From: Gemmatimonadales bacterium
Lineage (GTDB): Bacteria > Gemmatimonadota > Gemmatimonadetes > Gemmatimonadales > GWC2-71-9
Assembly: GCA_041615815.1 (NCBI GenBank)
Contig: JBFJCP010000045.1
Span: 1 to 23,702 of the forward strand
Reading direction: 5' to 3'
DNA: 23,702 nt
Positions within the stretch are counted from its first letter, which is position 1, and each line of letters starts with the position of its first letter. Positions 19,325-23,702 of this stretch are shown one piece after another. Below the pieces are notes generated by a model that saw only the letters and a program-made list of their open reading frames with translations, was not told the DNA's origin and searched no databases. Position numbers and translations under genes: made by a program.

Positions 19325-20605
19325 ATGTTCGATTCTGAATGTCGGTGCGTGGTGGTCGTAGGCGCGCAGTGGGGCGATGAGGGGAAGGGAAAGATCGTCG
19401 ATGTGTTGTCCGAAGAGGCCCACCTGGTCATTCGGTATCAGGGCGGGGCGAACGCCGGCCATACCGTCATCACCGGTGAGGATGAGTTCATTCTGCATCA
19501 AATACCCTCCGGTATCCTTCGTCCGGAATTGCGATGTCTGATAGGCAACGGCGTGGTGCTCGATCCCGAGACCCTGCTTGCGGAGATCCATCAGCTGGAG
19601 GATCGCGGCATCGCGGTGACCGGGCGACTGGTCATTTCGGATCGAGCCCATCTGGTGCTTCCCTATCACAAACTCTTGGATCGTGCCGCGGAGCAGCGGC
19701 AACGCATCGGGACGACCGGGCGCGGCATTGGTCCGGCGTACGAGGACAAGTTCGGGCGGCGTGGTCTGCGAATGGGCGAGCTGCACGACCTCACGCGAGC
19801 CGGCCAACGGGTTGGCAAGGCTGTCCAACGGGCCAATCGCCTGCTGGATCTGATGGAGGCTGACGCGCGAGCCGATCCGGAGGAGCACATGGCCCTGCTC
19901 GAGCGCCTGGCGCCGACGTTGCTACCGTTGGTGGGCGATACCGGGAGAATTGCGTACGAGGCATATCGGGAGCGGAGACATTTGCTGCTCGAAGGGGCCC
20001 AGGGAGCGCTGCTGGATGTCGATCACGGGACATACCCTTTTGTCACATCCTCCAACACAACCGCCGGTGCGGCGGCGGTCGGGGCGGGGATTGGCCCCAC
20101 AACCATCGACGCCGTGCTGGGCGTGGTCAAAGCGTATACCACCCGGGTCGGGAATGGCCCCCTGCCAACGGAGGCGGACGAGCCCACAGCGGAAAAGTTG
20201 CGCCAGTGGGGGGGCGAGTTTGGGGCCACCACGGGGCGTCCGCGGCGCTGTGGATGGTTCGACGCCGTCGTGGTGCGTTACGCCGCACGTGTGAACGGTC
20301 TCACTGATTTGGCGGTTACCAAGCTCGATGTGTTGGACCAGCTTTCGACGATCCCCGTGTGTGTTCGGTATGCCCTGCCGGGTGAGGAATTGGATGAGAT
20401 TCCCGGTGATACGAATCTGCTTGAGCAGGTGCGGCCGGTCTACGAGCAAATGCAGGGTTGGTGTCGGCCAACGACGAGCGCGCGCCGCCTCGCGGATCTC
20501 CCGCCAGAAGCTCGTGCGTACTTAGACCGGTTGGAAGCCCTGATCGGCACGCCCATTCGACATGTCAGCGTTGGGTCCCGACGCGATCAGATGATCGATC
20601 TCTGA
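19325..20605 (+). CDS. purA: Adenylosuccinate synthetase
   Basis: GAQWGDEGKGKIVD, RYQGGANAGHT, IGTTGRGIGPAYEDK, EGAQG..LDVDHGTYPFVTSS, EFGATTGRPRRCGWFD. ATG 19325 after GAGG is preferred over TTG 19304. Confidence 0.99.
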   Translation: MFDSECRCVVVVGAQWGDEGKGKIVDVLSEEAHLVIRYQGGANAGHTVITGEDEFILHQIPSGILRPELRCLIGNGVVLDPETLLAEIHQLEDRGIAVTGRLVISDRAHLVLPYHKLLDRAAEQRQRIGTTGRGIGPAYEDKFGRRGLRMGELHDLTRAGQRVGKAVQRANRLLDLMEADARADPEEHMALLERLAPTLLPLVGDTGRIAYEAYRERRHLLLEGAQGALLDVDHGTYPFVTSSNTTAGAAAVGAGIGPTTIDAVLGVVKAYTTRVGNGPLPTEADEPTAEKLRQWGGEFGATTGRPRRCGWFDAVVVRYAARVNGLTDLAVTKLDVLDQLSTIPVCVRYALPGEELDEIPGDTNLLEQVRPVYEQMQGWCRPTTSARRLADLPPEARAYLDRLEALIGTPIRHVSVGSRRDQMIDL

Positions 20606-20643
20606 TTGACTGCAGGTCCGTGGCGAATCATGCATGCGGATGT

Positions 20644-20665
20644 TATTGTGATCTGTGTCACATTC
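20644..20665. promoter_or_regulatory. CRP/FNR-family-type binding palindrome
   Basis: TGTGA-TCTGTG-TCACA at 20647-20662 matches the TGTGA-N6-TCACA core exactly, with AT-rich flanks. Confidence 0.55.
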
Positions 20666-20689
20666 TTGTGTGTGTGCGCCCACCTGCAC

Positions 20690-20725
20690 AAAAAAATCCC
20701 CCTAGGGCCGAAACCCTAGGGGGGA
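20690..20725 (-). terminator. Strong intrinsic terminator (T2)
   Basis: Minus strand CCCCCUAGGGU-UUCG-GCCCUAGGGGG followed by A and U7. Confidence 0.9.
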
Positions 20726-20772
20726 CGCCTGCCACACACTACGCGCCCTAGAATCTAGTGCGGGCGAGGCGC

Positions 20773-20811
20773 AACAAAAGAACCCGGCGCTCCAATAGGG
20801 GCGTCGGGTTC
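20773..20811 (-). terminator. Riboswitch-associated intrinsic terminator (T1)
   Basis: Minus strand GAACCCGACGCCCC-UAUU-GGAGCGCCGGGUUC (two A/C mismatches) followed by UUUUGUU; starts ~24 nt after the aptamer. Confidence 0.65.
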
Positions 20812-20834
20812 GAGGCATTCCAGGAACTTTCCTT

Positions 20835-20916
20835 CTCCTGGCAGCCGGGCTATCCTCATCGAGGATCCCTAGCTTTGCGCCCCGTCGTTACCGACGGTTT
20901 GCCCTTTTCAGGAAGC
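20835..20916 (-). ncRNA. c-di-GMP-I (GEMM-I) riboswitch aptamer
   Basis: Minus strand GCUUCCUG-AAAAGGGCAAACCGUCG-GUAA-CGACGGGGCGCAAAGCUAGGGAUCCUC-GAU-GAGGAUAGCCCGGCUGC-CAGGAG. It shows the GEMM hallmarks GGCAAACC, GNRA-capped P2, CGCAAAGC junction, P3 ending GAUAGC..GCUGCC, and P1 UUCCUG/CAGGAG. Confidence 0.93.
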
Positions 20917-20923
20917 GAGTGCA

Positions 20924-20952
20924 AAACTAACGGCGGTCTCAGCCGCTGTCAA
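20924..20952 (-). promoter_or_regulatory. sigma70 promoter driving the riboswitch RNA
   Basis: Minus strand TTGACA (20952-20947), 17-nt spacer, TAGTTT (20929-20924); predicted +1 near 20916-20917, at the 5' strand of P1. Confidence 0.75.
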
Positions 20953-20983
20953 CTATGTACGACACGTTTTCACGGGTCGTTTT

Positions 20984-23335
20984 CTACAAAAAGCCCGCCA
21001 GTTTCGAACGCAAGCTCTTCACGCGGAATCGCGGACCGTAGTACTTCTTCGAGTAGTAGCTGTAATGCTGATCATAGCGTTTTGCGACACCATTCAACAC
21101 GGCTCCTGCAATACGCGTTCGGGCGCGGCCGAGTTGTTCGAGCGTACGCCGCGCCGACGCCTCTTCCGTCTCACCACTGCGCATGACGATGATGGCGGCA
21201 TCGGCAGCCGCCGCCGCCACCGTCGCATCGGTGACCGGAAGCGTCGGAGGAGTGTCCATGATGATGTAGGCGTATCGCTGGCGCAGCTCCGCGAGGAGGT
21301 GCTGCATCGCTTCCGAACCGAGGAGCTCGGCCGGATTTGGCGGCACGGAGCCCGCCGGTAGGAGATCCAACGTTGCGGCGACATCGGGTCGAATGGCCTC
21401 ACGCACGTCGGCGTTGCCGATGAGGAGATCCGTGAGTCCTGGCTCCTGCACGAGGCCGAACGCCTTGTGCTGTCCCGGTCGTCGCATGTCTCCATCGATA
21501 AGCAGCGTCTTGTTGCCTCCCGATGACAACATGAGCGCGAGGTTCGTTGCCGTGGTCGACTTTCCCTCACCAGGGCCGGGACTCGTCACGACGAGCAGCT
21601 GAACCGGCTTCTCCGCCCCGACGAACGTCACGTTGGTGCGGAGTGCCCGGTACGCTTCTGCCACCGGATCATGCGGGTCGAGGTGCGTGATGGCGGTGAC
21701 CGGGACGCGTCGGCCGTGCCCGTTGGACTGGAGCTTGGACTCATAGGGAATCAAACCGAGGACGGGGAGGCCGAGCGTCCGTTCCACGTCGTTTGCCGTC
21801 TTGATCGTTTGATCGAGGTATTCTAGGAAGAACACCGCGCCGAGTCCCAGCAGAAGTCCCACCAAGAATCCGAGAATCACCTTTTGACGCAGATTGGTAC
21901 CGATCGCGAACGGCGGTGAGGCGCCGTCGAGAATCGCCACGTAGGGCGAAATGGTCGCTTCCTGCATCCGCGCCTGCTCGAACTGCCCCAGGAGGTAGCG
22001 GTAGGTGTCATTGAGAATGTTGGTCTCGAGCTCCAGCTGTGCGATCTGTGATTCCTTCCCCGGATACGTGAGCAATTGTCCCCGTAACTCGAGGATCTTC
22101 GCCTCAATGGTGGCTTCCCGCGCCACGAGACTCTGCTGGGCCGCGCTCACTGCACTGCGAAGCGAGACATGGCCCTGGCTGATTTGCTGGCTCAATGCCT
22201 GGACCTGGGGGTTATTCTCTTTGAGACCCAACGCACCGACGGTCAGCGCTCGCCGCTCATCGTACAGCTCGAGGAGTCGGTGGATCTGATAGGTGAGGAC
22301 GGTATTGCTCGTCGTGCCTTGCAGCGCGGCTAGTTGATTCAGGACCTCGATCCCGACCTCTTGATCGTTGGCGGCAACGTCGTGCAGTGCCGATGCCTGA
22401 ACCCTGAGTTCCTGCTTTTGGAGCTCCAGACCCCGAATGGCCTCGATGATCGAGCGCTCTTCCGTGCCGAGATCGCTGATGGCGTTGAGCTCCTTGTACC
22501 GCTGGAGCTCGCTGAGCTTGTACTGAAAATCCTGGTCGGCTCGGGCCAACTGTTCCTGGATGTACGTGCGCTTCCTCGCCGCGGTCAGTCGGGCACGCTC
22601 GGCACCGTCCCGCCGCAGCTCGATTGCTGCCTGGTTGAGGACTAGAGGCACGATGGTCGCATCGGTTCCGGTGAACGTGATGTCGACCGCATTCGTCGCT
22701 TCTCGGACACGGTAACCAATACCAGCGCTAACCCACGCGGCCGCCAATTCCGGTCGGAGAATCCGGAAGCCGACCGTTTCCCGCGGGGCGTCCGGCGCGA
22801 CGTGAAACGCAAAGCCGGGTCCGTCCACGACGTCCGTGAGCCCGCCCCGATCGAGCAGCTCACCGGCGGAACCGCGGAGCTCGAATCCCTCGTTGTTGAT
22901 GACGAGATCGAACGTACCGGGGGGCGCGCCCGAATCGACCCGAACCGCCTGGAAGTAACGGCCGCGATACAGCGTGGGCTCGTTCACCTCCAGCTGGAGA
23001 TTGAGGGCGTGCACCACCCGAAGCGCGAGGTCCTGGGTCGTGAGCACCAACGCCTCGGACAAAATGGGGTCGGTGCGCAGAGCCAGCTCGTCGATGTCGA
23101 TGTCGTCCGTTCGCGCAAAAACCTGTTTGGGCGAAGAGATCTGCACGGTTAGCCGCGACTGGTACTGCGGAATGGCCTTCCGTCCGGACAAGAACGCCCC
23201 GCCCGCCACGAGGACGGCCAAGAGGGCCATCAGCTTCCAACGGCGGAAGACGACCGTCAAGAGATCCGAGAGGTGGACCTCTTTGGCCGGGGCCATTCTG
23301 GGTCGCTGCGTGCCGGATCCGTCGTTCGGATTCAC
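20984..23335 (-). CDS. Wzc/Etk-type polysaccharide co-polymerase and tyrosine autokinase
   Basis: Two TM segments flank a coiled-coil periplasmic domain; EAYRALRTN, Walker A GPGEGKST, A' LIDGDMRRP, B IMDTPP, Tyr cluster YDQHYSYYSKKYY. Start placed at GTG 23335, 7 nt after AGGAG. Confidence 0.95.
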   Translation of the reverse strand: MNPNDGSGTQRPRMAPAKEVHLSDLLTVVFRRWKLMALLAVLVAGGAFLSGRKAIPQYQSRLTVQISSPKQVFARTDDIDIDELALRTDPILSEALVLTTQDLALRVVHALNLQLEVNEPTLYRGRYFQAVRVDSGAPPGTFDLVINNEGFELRGSAGELLDRGGLTDVVDGPGFAFHVAPDAPRETVGFRILRPELAAAWVSAGIGYRVREATNAVDITFTGTDATIVPLVLNQAAIELRRDGAERARLTAARKRTYIQEQLARADQDFQYKLSELQRYKELNAISDLGTEERSIIEAIRGLELQKQELRVQASALHDVAANDQEVGIEVLNQLAALQGTTSNTVLTYQIHRLLELYDERRALTVGALGLKENNPQVQALSQQISQGHVSLRSAVSAAQQSLVAREATIEAKILELRGQLLTYPGKESQIAQLELETNILNDTYRYLLGQFEQARMQEATISPYVAILDGASPPFAIGTNLRQKVILGFLVGLLLGLGAVFFLEYLDQTIKTANDVERTLGLPVLGLIPYESKLQSNGHGRRVPVTAITHLDPHDPVAEAYRALRTNVTFVGAEKPVQLLVVTSPGPGEGKSTTATNLALMLSSGGNKTLLIDGDMRRPGQHKAFGLVQEPGLTDLLIGNADVREAIRPDVAATLDLLPAGSVPPNPAELLGSEAMQHLLAELRQRYAYIIMDTPPTLPVTDATVAAAAADAAIIVMRSGETEEASARRTLEQLGRARTRIAGAVLNGVAKRYDQHYSYYSKKYYGPRFRVKSLRSKLAGFL

Positions 23336-23702
23336 GTTTTCACTCCTGCGCGGCCTGAACACCGTGGTCGGGCCGGGGCGCGTGCGATGTCAAGGGTGTT
23401 ACCGTGCTACAAAAGGCAAAGCCTATGCCGGATGGGGGTCGCCGTTGGTCCGTTGGGGGCTGGCCCATCCGACCCGCCGGGATCCGATCCAGCCTCTCCC
23501 GCCGGCCGAGGTCGCTCAAATACCGATGCGACAGTAGGTTGTGTTGTCTTCCGGTCACGGCTCATTGACTCGATCCGGCCGGTCGGGTGCCGCCTTTGGC
23601 GGAAAAAATGACCGGATTCCCAATCCGTACCGGCAGTGGATCTCGGGAAAAGTGGGGTAGCGCACAAAACCGGGGCAAGTGCATATATCACAAACCGTTA
23701 GA

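Noticed and set aside
20666..20811. Clustered hairpins as a CRISPR array, tRNA or REP/MITE element
   Set aside because: Stems differ in sequence, with no regular repeat-spacer period, cloverleaf or terminal inverted repeats.
20835..20916. Aptamer as a 3',3'-cGAMP (GEMM-Ib) variant
   Set aside because: The discriminator position reads G (AGGGCAAACC), not A; c-di-GMP is the better prediction, though binding is untested.
20758..21186. 142-aa + strand ORF across the riboswitch and wzc 3' end
   Set aside because: Antisense to two well-supported features, with no recognisable domain.
23388..23393. TTGACA on the minus strand upstream of wzc
   Set aside because: No plausible -10 box at 16-18 nt spacing.
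23635..23662. CAGTGG...GGGGTAGCG resembling an ops/JUMPStart element
   Set aside because: Imperfect match to GGCGGTAG and on the wrong strand for wzc; cannot be judged without sequence beyond the window.
23273..23691. Short ORFs upstream of wzc (23273-23611, 23340-23558, 23407-23691)
   Set aside because: No motifs or convincing RBS; the region looks intergenic.

Overview
High-GC bacterial DNA; the protein styles suggest Gemmatimonadota, but this is an unverified impression. Bases 1-12190 (+) hold the 3' end of tuf, the fused S10 and spc ribosomal protein cluster (rpsJ to rplO), secY, adk and map. The cluster stops there, without infA-rpmJ-rpsM-rpsK-rpoA. Several r-proteins (L4, L30, L24, L5) carry extra terminal tails, most of them Lys/Arg-rich. 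Two minus-strand genes follow (glutamate formimidoyltransferase, inositol monophosphatase family). Next is a divergent + run: trpS (4-Cys Fe-S type motif), a D-2-hydroxyacid dehydrogenase, a PilT-like ATPase with degenerate motifs, a non-canonical DapA-family aldolase, a membrane M28 peptidase and purA. A lone Wzc-type tyrosine autokinase lies on the minus strand. The most unusual part is the ~380 bp convergent purA/wzc gap. On the minus strand it holds a near-consensus sigma70 promoter, a c-di-GMP-I (GEMM-I) riboswitch aptamer, a terminator, a further structured hairpin and a second strong terminator, with no conventional gene downstream. This looks like a stand-alone c-di-GMP-responsive small RNA unit. 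A perfect CRP-type palindrome and a possible antisense promoter sit just beyond it. All calls are by eye from motifs; no searches or folding programs were run.
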